Part shown: piece after piece, positions 1-8,514 of the stretch
Position numbering within the stretch: position 1 is the first letter of the stretch
How the letters are laid out: every line of letters starts with the position of its first letter
Assembly (NCBI GenBank): GCA_965215595.1
Contig: CBDCDW010000005.1
Span: forward strand, 940,323-1,004,322
Direction: 5' to 3'
DNA length: 64,000 nucleotides
Source of the DNA: an uncultured Candidatus Binatia bacterium
Lineage (GTDB): Bacteria; Desulfobacterota; Binatia; UBA9968; CAXXLF01
Translations under genes and position numbers: made by a program
The notes under the pieces: model-generated
Seen by the model: only the letters and a program-made list of their open reading frames with translations
What the model was told of the DNA's origin: nothing
Databases searched by the model: none

Positions 1-197
1 AAACCCAGGAGTCCGAGTCTCCCTGTATCGTCACGAAATAGGACTAAATCCTCACCTAAAAGCCTGCGACGTTTTGGCTTGCCCTTCAGTTCCTTGGCAA
101 AACCAATGGGATACCAGTAAAAACGCATCATCTGACCCCCGGGGGTCCCCGGTCCCACCCGAGTAAACAGATCGTTTTCCTCATGGGTCAAAGCCAT
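1..197 (-). CDS. Rieske [2Fe-2S]-domain ring-hydroxylating oxygenase-like protein, N-terminal part only (gene runs off the window start)
   Basis: Not in ORF track because it is truncated by the window edge. Minus-strand ATG at 195-197 with an AGGAGG Shine-Dalgarno 8 nt upstream (rc of 206-211). Translation MALTHEENDLFTRVGPGTPGGQMMRFYWYPIGFAKELKGKPKRRRLLGEDLVLFRDDTGRLGLL resembles N-termini of Rieske non-heme oxygenase alpha subunits. Confidence 0.5.
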   Translation of the reverse strand, partial: MALTHEENDLFTRVGPGTPGGQMMRFYWYPIGFAKELKGKPKRRRLLGEDLVLFRDDTGRLGLLG

Positions 198-230
198 TGG
201 GTAATCCTCCTGCCAATATGCAACTCAACG

Positions 231-938
231 CTATCCGGTTCTAGCCTTTGTCTTGGCTTTCTTCGCCTGTTCCCCTACGCCCCAAATGTCATTGGGTAAC
301 GTCACCCCCTGTTCCTTGGCCGTAGCTGCCGCGCGCTCCCGCGCTTCCGCGGACCGCACCGCGTTCTCATCCGCTACATCTAACCCCAAGCCATCCACCA
401 TGCGCAGCCTAAAGTTAAAGTAGGCACTCACAGAAGCGATATCCAAAACGTCCCGGTCCGTCCAACCTACTTCCCTAAGCTTTTGAATGTCTTCATCGGT
501 CATCATGGCCGGTGAAAGGGTTAACTTTTCCGCCCACTCCAGCATGGCGTATTCGGCTTCCGTGAGCTTTGCCTTGCGCCAATCGTTCTGAATGAACTCT
601 GCTGTAAGATTATCTCCGCCAACTCTACGCAGGGCCCCTGCGTGACCCACCGTTCAATAGCGGCAGTGGGCCGTTAAGGAGGTTACCGTGGCGATCATCT
701 CCCGCTGGGCTGCCGTGAGACGTGACGGTCCGCGCATGATGTGCATCATCAGTTGGCGTCCGAAAAGCATCGACAAAGGGTTCAAGCTGGAAAGCTCGGG
801 CGGCGTAACGGGATGGGTTCCCGGGGGGGCGCTGCCGAAAGTCTCACCATAGGAGAGGTTCACTTCGCGCATTTTGTCATAGGCTTCCTTCAGCTCGCCC
901 TCTGACTCGTGTTCCTGAATGATTTTGATCCACGGCAT
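231..938 (-). CDS. AhpD/carboxymuconolactone-decarboxylase (CMD)-family protein, probable selenoprotein (Cys-x-x-Sec); in-frame TGA at 654-656 read as Sec
   Basis: Track ORFs 654..938 and 231..650 are in the same frame (both ends congruent mod 3) and are separated only by TGA. Joined peptide ...TAHCRY-U-VGHAGALRRVGG... puts U in a CxxU..H motif where AhpD/CMD proteins carry the redox CxxC..H. The downstream part is only the C-terminal half of a CMD fold and begins on GTG. A GC-rich hairpin follows 8 nt after the UGA. Confidence 0.55.
627..643 (-). promoter_or_regulatory. SECIS-like hairpin immediately 3' of the in-frame UGA (mRNA ACGCAGG-GGC-CCUGCGU)
   Basis: rc of 627-643 gives a 7 bp GC-rich stem with a G-rich apical loop, starting 8 nt after the UGA at 654-656. 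Position and shape are consistent with bacterial SECIS elements. Confidence 0.45.
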
Positions 939-1276
939 GGTCCATCCCTCTCTTTTAATGGGAAATCACTAACCTCTAAACAGAACGAAGGGAGTAGATC
1001 ATAACGAATTTATGCTGTCAATTATTGAACAGAAATGATCTTCGCTCTAGGATTGAAGGTTCAAAAACCCTTGTCTAATAGGCCCAAAATCTAACCAAAT
1101 ATATATGAAATTTTGGGTTGAATTTTGGATTACGGAATCGGGAATAAGATGACTCTCGCAAAGACGCAAAGGACGCCAAGTTGGGAGAAAATAGCAAAAC
1201 TTTTCTCTTTGAGGGCTTGGCTCAGGCAAAGGCTGAGCCGTCCGCTGGCGGAGTCTTAGCGCGAAAGACTTTCGAA

Positions 1277-2356
1277 TCAGCGCGGCGGTAAGGGAGCGGG
1301 ACCGGCGATCTTTTTAAAAACCTTTATTGCTTCCGGATCACCTTGGAGTTCCATGACCGCCCTTGCTTGTTGGTCTGGCAATACCGGATTGGGAACTTCC
1401 CCGACTAATTTTTCCCATGTTTTGAGCAACCGTGGATCCTTGAAAAGCTTGGTGAACGCCTCCCTCAAAATTCTCACTCGCTCCTTTGGGATGCCGGGAG
1501 GCGCCAGGTAAGGCGAACCAACTAACCTGAGGTTACGGAAGGTCTGAAGTACATTTCTCTGCAAATCCGTCCTGGCGAAACGTTCTAAAGGAGGAAGATC
1601 TTGGAAGAGGGGATCACCACGGAAACCGCCGCGAAAACCTATGGGAATCTCCATGGCGGCATGGAAGTCTACGCGCCCCTCATCGATCCATTCAGGGGTC
1701 CGTTGAAAGACGGTAATGATGCTGGCCGCCCTGACGTCCACCTCCCCCCGCATCAAGGCCAGATCCATTTCCGGGCCAGAATAGCCAGTAACAAACTTGG
1801 GGTTCTTGAAATCAAGCAGCCAAGCGAAAAGTCTATTAAAGATGTAGACCGCGTGGCCGACTGATTGGGTTGCAATCCGTAAACCGGAGGCGGTCTGGAG
1901 CTTTTTCAGACTGTTCAGACCAAGCTCCTTTCTACTCATAAGGACATAATTGGCCTTGCTGTTGCTTGAGCCCAAGTAGGTAAATTTGGTAAGGTCATAG
2001 TTCACACTTGGTTGACCCAAAACAGCGTTGGCTACAAAGCCGCCGCCTATATTGCCAAGCGTCAGACCGCCAGCCCCGGCTGCCTTGTATAGATGATTGG
2101 CAGCCTTTCTACCCCCGGCCCCTGGCATATACTGTGCCACAATATTAGGATTCCCCGGTATGAGTTTAGGAAGAACTGATATAACAGCTCTGGTTCGCAT
2201 GTCCCCCAACCCACCGGGGTTACGTCCTTGAATAACTTTAATGGTCTTCCCTTTAAATAAGGAAGATTGTGAAGAGGCAAGACTTGGCAGGAACAGAAGG
2301 GTTGTAAATATTGCGCCCGAAACAACGGGTGGCGAAAGGCTAAGCTTATATTTCAT
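1277..2356 (-). CDS. Periplasmic solute-binding protein with signal peptide (TctC/Bug-like or related SBP)
   Basis: 359 aa ORF with an N-terminal hydrophobic signal (LLFLPSLASS). Gly-rich motifs NPGGLGDMRTRA and YMPGAGGRKAANHL resemble TTT-family receptors. Confidence 0.5.
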   Translation of the reverse strand: MKYKLSLSPPVVSGAIFTTLLFLPSLASSQSSLFKGKTIKVIQGRNPGGLGDMRTRAVISVLPKLIPGNPNIVAQYMPGAGGRKAANHLYKAAGAGGLTLGNIGGGFVANAVLGQPSVNYDLTKFTYLGSSNSKANYVLMSRKELGLNSLKKLQTASGLRIATQSVGHAVYIFNRLFAWLLDFKNPKFVTGYSGPEMDLALMRGEVDVRAASIITVFQRTPEWIDEGRVDFHAAMEIPIGFRGGFRGDPLFQDLPPLERFARTDLQRNVLQTFRNLRLVGSPYLAPPGIPKERVRILREAFTKLFKDPRLLKTWEKLVGEVPNPVLPDQQARAVMELQGDPEAIKVFKKIAGPAPLPPR

Positions 2357-2445
2357 CTTCTACCTCCTTCACGAAGGGCTATGGGGTGGCCCCGGGGTTT
2401 GAATTTCGGGGAGAGGCAGGGATTCACCTTCCGGGACACCGGCTA

Positions 2446-2815
2446 AATGTTCAACAGAAGATCTCCAAAAAATAAAGTTTTTCGCGCCAAGACGCCTCCA
2501 ATTTAAACCCGAAACCCAAGCTCGAAATCCCAAGCAAACCAGAACCCTCAACTCCAAAATTCAAAATTCAAAACGGGACTATTTGGAGTTTTATGTTTAT
2601 AGATCATTTGAATTTGTTTCGAATTTCGGATTTCAAATTTCGAATTTGTATCTTTAATTAAACTTAGCGTCCTCACGTCTTCGCTCCGCTCAGAATCTCA
2701 GATGCAAAATTTCAGATTTCATATCTGAGATTTGAGATTTGCCATTTGCAATGCGCTTCGCGGGCCTTTGCGCGAGTCATCTTTTCCCCGACTCTGTGAT
2801 TCGAAATTCAACGGA
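2446..2815 (+). repeat. Copy A of a roughly 370 bp structured intergenic repeat (near-identical 187 bp core at 2599-2785); second copy at 60155-60520
   Basis: Direct comparison of 2446-2815 with 60155-60520 shows a core with about 4 mismatches, flanks about 70% identical and the same orientation. Each copy has internal AAATC(C) and GATTTC(G) heptad arrays in opposite arms, and the palindrome TCTCAGATG...CATATCTGAGA. Confidence 0.8.
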
Positions 2816-2879
2816 AAAATTTAAATCTCTTGATCGAACTTGACTTAGGTCGAAATGGGAAATAGCTTGCTAGTTTAAT

Positions 2880-3128
2880 ATGAAGTTCGAAGTTGAGGTC
2901 CCCTCGCTAAAAGGAGTTGCCCGTCTGGAGATCAAGACGGTCCAGGAGAAAAACACCTGGGCTGCCTATCTCCTCTTCAATACCGGTCGGCCTCTGGACG
3001 ACACTTGCCTATTGTTGGGCCAATCAGGCATACCCCACCACTTCACCGGCCCCACCGAAAAAGAGGCCGAAGAGGCCGCCAAGAAGTTTTTACAGGAACG
3101 CTATCACGTGGTTAGGATAATTTGGTGA
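2880..3128 (+). CDS. Hypothetical small protein (82 aa)
   Basis: ORF track only. No recognisable motif and no clear SD. Confidence 0.25.
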   Translation: MKFEVEVPSLKGVARLEIKTVQEKNTWAAYLLFNTGRPLDDTCLLLGQSGIPHHFTGPTEKEAEEAAKKFLQERYHVVRIIW

Positions 3129-3132
3129 AGTC

Positions 3133-4242
3133 TTAGGAATCTGGAAGTTCTTTTTTATCTGCCTCTGCTGCAGCGAGCTTCTGGGCAAATTGATCGAGAC
3201 GTTTGTCAGCATTTTGATAGCTGGACTGGGCATGACCCAGATGTTTACCCAGCAGTTCGAAATCGTCCTTGAATCTTGAAAAGTCACCGTTGAGTCGGCC
3301 CAGGTATTGGAGGATCTCTTTGGTTCGCTCCTCGATCTTCATCCCCTTTAGCCCCAAGACGATGGCCTGGAGATAGGCATAAAAGCTATTGGGGGAAACG
3401 GGGATAACCTTCTTACTTAGGGCATACTGGCTTATGTTCCTGTCCCCACCAAAGGCGTCGTCTTTTATAATGGTCTCGTAATAGACATTTTCGGCGGGGA
3501 TATACATCAGGGCAAAATTGTAGGTGTCCTCGTCGGGCAGGATGTATTTGCTGGCTATGGCATCGATGTGCTTTTTGACATCGGTAACAAATTGTCTTCT
3601 TGCCTTGCTCTTTTCCTCTTCCGAGCCGCCGTTCATCATGCGCTTGAAGTTTTCCAAGGGGAACTTGGAGTCCACCGGGACATAGGAACCTCCCAGCTTG
3701 ATCACCGCGTCTACCCTCTCTCCGTTTTTAAAGGCATACTGCGTGGCGTAATGATCGGTGGGAAGGATCTGTCCTAAGAGGTCACCGAGCAGGAATTCAC
3801 CAAAACCCCCTCTCAGCTTGGGGGCCCGAAGGATCTCCTGCAGCGAGGCAATATCTTTTCCCACGTCATAGATTTTGCGGTTGGACTCTTCCAGGCCCCC
3901 AAGGCTCTTCTGCACGTTGCCCACCACACGGGCTGCGCTGTCAAGTCGCTCGCCCAAATTTTGCTGAGTCTTTTGCAGGATCTCGGAATGGTCCTTCAGA
4001 CGGTCCGAAACATGACCCAAGACCTGGCCCAACTGCTGGTTGATTAGCTGCGTGTTGTTCTCCATGGACTGGGTGAACTGGCCGCGGAGCTGATCGATTT
4101 GCTGATGGACCAAAAGCAGGCCCTGGTCATCCTTCTTTGCCGAGAGGAGAGCGTCCAAGCGGCGGAGGAGAAACCAAGCAAACAGAACAAGCCCGGCAAC
4201 AATGAAAAAATATGGAGCGAAATTTATTAGCAATTCCACCAT
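3133..4242 (-). CDS. rmuC: DNA recombination protein RmuC
   Basis: 369 aa with an N-terminal TM helix and long coiled-coil. The C-terminal region (KLGGSYVPVDSKFPLENF...ALMYIPAENVYYE) is typical of the RmuC family. Confidence 0.8.
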   Translation of the reverse strand: MVELLINFAPYFFIVAGLVLFAWFLLRRLDALLSAKKDDQGLLLVHQQIDQLRGQFTQSMENNTQLINQQLGQVLGHVSDRLKDHSEILQKTQQNLGERLDSAARVVGNVQKSLGGLEESNRKIYDVGKDIASLQEILRAPKLRGGFGEFLLGDLLGQILPTDHYATQYAFKNGERVDAVIKLGGSYVPVDSKFPLENFKRMMNGGSEEEKSKARRQFVTDVKKHIDAIASKYILPDEDTYNFALMYIPAENVYYETIIKDDAFGGDRNISQYALSKKVIPVSPNSFYAYLQAIVLGLKGMKIEERTKEILQYLGRLNGDFSRFKDDFELLGKHLGHAQSSYQNADKRLDQFAQKLAAAEADKKELPDS

Positions 4243-4256
4243 CAGTCAGTATGGAA

Positions 4257-4469
4257 TCAGCGAAGCCTGAGGGCGTATTCCAAAACCTCGCTGAGCTTTC
4301 GGATCTGGGTGGCCCTGAGTAACCTCTCATCGAATGGAGAGGATAGGTACCGATCCACGTTATGTTTGAGATTCCATTCCAAGAGCTCGATGCACTGATC
4401 CGTACTCTGTTTTTCAGCACGGTGACGTCGTGCACGGTGCAACTCTTTGAATTCCACCACTTGACCCAT
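4257..4469 (-). CDS. Hypothetical small protein (70 aa) upstream of rmuC
   Basis: ORF track only. Lies 14 nt upstream of rmuC on the same strand. Confidence 0.3.
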   Translation of the reverse strand: MGQVVEFKELHRARRHRAEKQSTDQCIELLEWNLKHNVDRYLSSPFDERLLRATQIRKLSEVLEYALRLR

Positions 4470-4823
4470 AAGCAGAGTTAAGCTTAGGGGTTAAAAAACA
4501 CCAATGTCAAGGGGCAGGTGGTGGTGAGCAAAGTCGAATCACGCTTCAGCGGCCTCTCGGCGCAAAGCCAAGTTCAACTATGTCATTGCGGGCTCAGGGG
4601 CCCGTCCCTCAGCGGGAGCCGATGGGTCTCTACCTCAAGGCCCCGTCATTTTATCTCAATGCCAAAGTGACATACCTCCCGTATCGGACGTCTCCCCAGC
4701 TTCAGACCAAGCCCCCTGCGCCCCCGTATTGCGCCATGTATAATCTAACCCAAGGGCGATACGTTGCGCCATTTGTGATTCTAACCCTCCAAGGGCTCAC
4801 ATTAGAGCTCAAGGAGGGCAACA

Positions 4824-5330
4824 ATGGAAGGGTTCACCATGGCACGACGATCCAAGCAGGAGTATTTACGATCCATCTATGATCGTTATCAGCACGCACC
4901 ACGGGCACAGAAGGGAACGATGCTAGAGGAATTCTGCAAGGTTTGCGGCTACAACCGCAAATATGCCATCTGGCTTTTAAACCGGCCCTTGCCCGAGGCA
5001 ACTGTACGCAAACGGGGTGCACCTCGCTCTCCTACATACAATCGGGCAATGGTAAGGATTTTGGCAAAGGTGTGGGAGGCCTCGGGGTATCTGTGCTCCC
5101 AACGTCTGAAGGCCGCCCTTGTACACTGGTTGCCCTGGATAAGGCAACACTTCGAGCTGACCCAACCGTTAGAGGATCAGCTCCTGGCCATCAGCGCCCG
5201 TCAGATGGATCGGCGCCTGAGGGAAACCAAGCACATCGTGAAACGCCGACTCTATGGCACCACTCGGCCCGGATCGCTACTAACCCGACTTAGCGGATTC
5301 GCGGGGTTCAGTGCTCGTAAGTACCTGTAA
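4824..5330 (+). pseudogene. Outer-IS transposase, N-terminal (HTH) part; interrupted by nested IS at 5281 (last 16 codons are read-through into the inserted element)
   Basis: The 168 aa ORF lacks a catalytic core. It continues in 7297..8121, which carries the DDE/rve core. Confidence 0.6.
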
Positions 5331-7290
5331 ATCAACGAGAGCTTCCAAAAGGTCTTCACTACATCGAGCTATTTCGCCACTTCACCTTTGGCCGTAACAC
5401 GGGGAGGCAGCTGACTGGGCAATGAAAGCCGCAGCTGCTCAAGCAAGACCTGGAGTTCGGGCTCAGGCTGTGTATAGCGTGACATGATCACCTTGCGTCC
5501 ATCAGTGGTCGGCAAATGCACGTCTATCATCTGAACAGCACCGAACTTTTCCAGAACCGATCGCGGTGTCAATCCCGGTGCCAAATCCCGCAGGTGGCGA
5601 CGCAAGGTCACATGCATGGCGTAAGCCATGAAGGCTACGAATATGTGAGCTTCGATGCGTTCCTCCTTCTGGTGGTGGATCGGACGGATCGCCAGATCAC
5701 CCTTGAGGTTCTTGAACGCTTCTTCGACCTGAACCAGTTGCATGTAGAACTCCCACATCTGTTCAGGCTCGCGTCCAACCAGGTTCGTTCTCAGCAAGTA
5801 ACGTCCTTCTCGGCGCCGGACCTTTTGTAGCTGGTCCTTTCGCAATGAGAACTGCACCGACCCATTGCCATCAGGGATGTCGATCCGAACCAGTCGCCAG
5901 GCCGAAGGCGATTGCTGCCTGGCGGCCCCGAGTTTCAGCAACAGCTCGTCACGCGTCAACTTCATGCCTTGTAGCTGCTTAAGCCGCCTCCACAGCTTCT
6001 TTAGTTGCCGACGCCGCATGGAGCGCTCCTTGTTGATGCGATCACGACTCTGTGCCAACACATACAACTCATCGTCTTGTGGTAGTAACTTGACCTCCAC
6101 TCCTTCGCGCACTGTATGCCACGGCTTGTCGATCAGCTCCTTCTCGTAACGGCTCAGTCGTCCCTTAGGCGTTCCCACCAGGTAATAGATCGGCGGAGTG
6201 CTTTCGCGCATCTGCTTGAGAACCTCCTCGGTCGGAATCCCCCGGTCCATCACCCAGATGCGCTCCGCTTTGCCGTACTGCTCCTCGATCTTGTTGAGAA
6301 ATCCACTCAACGTAGTCTTGTCGGCCGTGTTGCCGGCCATGACTTCATAGGCTAACGGGAACCCTTCCGGGGTCACGATCAGAGCAATCACCACTTGGAC
6401 ACAATCGAAACGCTTGTCACGGCTGTAACCATACTTTCGCTTGTCGTTTTCCGAAAAGGGTGGATTGCTCTCAAAGTAGGTGCTGGTCAGATCGTAGAGC
6501 AGCACGTCGAACTTTGCATTGAACAGATCCTTCCACCGTTGTGTCAGGTGATCAAAAAGCGCTTGCTTGTGACCCAGGAGCTGGTCCAGGCACTTGTAGA
6601 GCTTGTGGATCTCCACCAGTTCAAAGCCCGCCCCCAGACAATCGGCCATCGCGCTGTTGTCGTACCAGTGCCGATGTAACCGCCACTCGCTGCCAGGATC
6701 AATCAGCCGGTAGCAGCTCAACGCCTGCGTGATCAGATCCCAGCGCGTCCCCTTGCGGCTCGGCTCCAACCGTGTCGCCCAGAACTCATCGAGCCCCAAC
6801 TGCTCGTACAGGTGACAGGCCAGCCAGCATGCGCCCCACTGTCTGGGCCGGTGCAGTTCCAGATCCTTCAGCCGGATCTGCACCACTTCGTCGTCATCAA
6901 TTTCTACAGGCCGATCCTCGGCAAACAGTGCTATCGTACGCGGCAATACGGCTCCATCCTCGAAGACCTCGATGGTCTTACGCCATGCCTGATGCTGAGA
7001 GTCGTTGATCTCACCGAGATAGAGCACCTGGCGCTGAACGACTCGTCCACCTGTTACCCGGCGGTTCTCCACCACATTCCAGTAACGGTGTTCCTTGCCA
7101 TCTTTGTTGCGTTTCGTGCAACGTAAGAACATAGCGCACGTAGAATACTGCGTGTTGGGCAACCCTGAAAAGGGGGTAGGTCTTCACTACAGGCTGTTTA
7201 GGCCCATTTCGGGCTCACCTCGCCTTGGAAATTGGCTACTTAAAACGCGAAAAAAGTTATCGAGGGGGTCGAATCCGCTAAGTCGGGCTA
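5281..7290 (-). mobile_element. Nested IS1634-family (IS4 superfamily) insertion sequence, about 2.0 kb, with 22 bp terminal inverted repeats (18 bp perfect core)
   Basis: taAcccgacttagcggattcg at 5281-5302 is the reverse complement of 7269-7290 with one mismatch. The element contains a single 597 aa transposase ORF. Confidence 0.7.
5369..7162 (-). CDS. IS1634-family DDE transposase
   Basis: 597 aa. LLYDLTSTYFE (first D block), VMDRGI (second D) and a C-terminal HQKEERIEAHIFVAFMAY block fit the IS4/IS1634 transposase (DDE_Tnp_1) layout. Confidence 0.65.
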   Translation of the reverse strand: MPNTQYSTCAMFLRCTKRNKDGKEHRYWNVVENRRVTGGRVVQRQVLYLGEINDSQHQAWRKTIEVFEDGAVLPRTIALFAEDRPVEIDDDEVVQIRLKDLELHRPRQWGACWLACHLYEQLGLDEFWATRLEPSRKGTRWDLITQALSCYRLIDPGSEWRLHRHWYDNSAMADCLGAGFELVEIHKLYKCLDQLLGHKQALFDHLTQRWKDLFNAKFDVLLYDLTSTYFESNPPFSENDKRKYGYSRDKRFDCVQVVIALIVTPEGFPLAYEVMAGNTADKTTLSGFLNKIEEQYGKAERIWVMDRGIPTEEVLKQMRESTPPIYYLVGTPKGRLSRYEKELIDKPWHTVREGVEVKLLPQDDELYVLAQSRDRINKERSMRRRQLKKLWRRLKQLQGMKLTRDELLLKLGAARQQSPSAWRLVRIDIPDGNGSVQFSLRKDQLQKVRRREGRYLLRTNLVGREPEQMWEFYMQLVQVEEAFKNLKGDLAIRPIHHQKEERIEAHIFVAFMAYAMHVTLRRHLRDLAPGLTPRSVLEKFGAVQMIDVHLPTTDGRKVIMSRYTQPEPELQVLLEQLRLSLPSQLPPRVTAKGEVAK

Positions 7291-7296
7291 AAGCAG

Positions 7297-8121
7297 ATGA
7301 TCCCGATTAAGACCGATCACTGGGATGTGAACCGGCCGGGCTATCTGGAGATTGACCTGGTGTCACACTCAGGGGCCTCAGCGGTTGGGGAGTTTGTCCA
7401 TAGTCTGGACTGTGTCGACATTGCTACCTGCTGGGTAGAGCGCAAGGCCGTCATGGGTAAGAGCGCTTTGGGTGTCTTGAATGCGGTCACCGAGATCGAA
7501 CACCAGCTTCCTTTTCCCCTCAAGGGGATCGACTCCGACAACGGCAGTGAGTTTATCAACAACCGCCTTCTTGCCTTCTGTCAACAACGCCCAGCTGGCC
7601 ACACCATTCAGTTCACCCGCTCGCGTCCCTACAAAAAAGATGACAACGCGCACATCGAGCAGAAAAACTGGACCCATGTCAGAAAGCTTATGGGCTGGGA
7701 TCGCTACGACACCGCAAAGGCCCAAGAGGCCGCCAACCAGCTCTATGATGAACTTAGGATCTTCCAGAATCTGTTCCAGCCCTCCATGAAGCTGCGATGC
7801 AAGATCCGTATAGGCTCTCGACTTATTCGCCGCTATGACACGCCTCGTACCCCGTTCGAACGGGTCGTGGAGTCCCGAAAGGGAGACCCCAAAAAGCTGG
7901 CAGCCCTCAAGCACACGCTTAAGACAACTGATCCCTTCGAGCTCTCTACCCGAATCGATCAGCAACTGCAGCGGATCTACAAGCTGGCCAGCCATGCAGA
8001 CAGAGCCCCACGAGAGAGACCACCGCTGAAACAAACGCCGTGGAGAAACTGGACCTTCAGCAAGAAACTACAGCGCCAACAACAGGACATGAAACGACAG
8101 ATGCGAGACGACTTCGGTTAG
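7297..8121 (+). pseudogene. Outer-IS transposase, C-terminal rve (integrase-core) DDE part
   Basis: Contains GIDSDNGSEFIN and a downstream E block typical of the rve catalytic core. It has no HTH N-terminus of its own. The 3' end lies inside the right IR. Confidence 0.6.
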
Positions 8122-8514
8122 ATTTTGTAATGACGCAACGAATCCCGCTAGGGTTAGATTTTTTGATGGCTTAACACGCCCCAACATGCGTGCCGAGTAA
8201 TGAGTGCTGAGTACTGAGCCGGGAAAAATGAAAGTCGGGGAGGGCTCAAGGTTCTCCCTGAGCGAAACATGGACGGAGCAGCGGGCTACCCACCGTGGTC
8301 GGCACCGCATGAATGCCGGAGTCCGCCCACGGCTAATCTGAGATCCGGAAGGTTCGTGCGAGCGCCGGCCCGGTGGGTCGCTGCGGGAGTCCCGTGGAGC
8401 GAGGGGAGTGAGGAAGCCCTCATGTTACAGGTCTATTACCCACGGCCGGGCTTCGACGATGAGCGCAGCCGAACCGAGGCTCGCTCCCCGAGGAGACATT
8501 TCGCACCACAGTTT

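Larger units (their letters stand above)
4725..8178 (+). mobile_element. Composite insertion sequence: an outer IS of about 1.44 kb with roughly 60 bp imperfect terminal IRs, interrupted by a nested IS1634-family element
   Basis: Left end (about 4725-4790, gcgccatgtataatctaaccc...gttgcgccat...attctaacc) is an imperfect reverse complement of the right end (8102-8178). A split rve-type transposase gene lies between them. The right-end 77 bp recurs identically at 44553-44629. Confidence 0.65.

Noticed and set aside
654-938. Treating 654..938 and 231..650 as two separate small genes
   Set aside because: They share a frame, there is a single TGA between them, and a CxxU..H motif and SECIS-like hairpin fit one readthrough selenoprotein better.
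1601-1864. Numerous 60-120 aa track ORFs nested inside or antisense to larger genes (for example 1601..1864, 3568..3777, 5516..6679 series, 7378..8034, 48322..48763, 50054..51131 series, 59194..59702)
   Set aside because: All overlap strongly supported genes on the opposite strand or in another frame, and lack motifs or start-site signals. They are treated as spurious.
2520-2760. Heptad arrays (AAATCC / GATTTCG) inside the 370 bp repeats looked superficially like a mini CRISPR or tandem-repeat array
   Set aside because: The period is 7 bp and there is no 25-40 bp repeat/spacer alternation and no cas genes. They are internal structure of the repeat element (reported as a finding).
2730-2760. 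Possible sigma-54 promoter in the repeat core (ATTGCAAATGGCAAATC)
   Set aside because: The GG and GC elements are in the wrong order and spacing relative to TGGCAC-N5-TTGCW.
4824-8121. Treating 4824..5330 and 7297..8121 as two independent genes flanking an IS
   Set aside because: The first has only an HTH-type N-terminus and the second only an rve DDE core. Both lie inside one pair of long IRs, so they are the split halves of one transposase.
8179-8514. RNase P RNA / tmRNA / SRP RNA / TPP or ZTP riboswitch in the GC-rich spacer
   Set aside because: There are isolated resemblances (GAAAGUCGGGG, UCCGGAAGG, CUGAGA), but none of the full conserved boxes in the right order. Left as a low-interest unexplained region.
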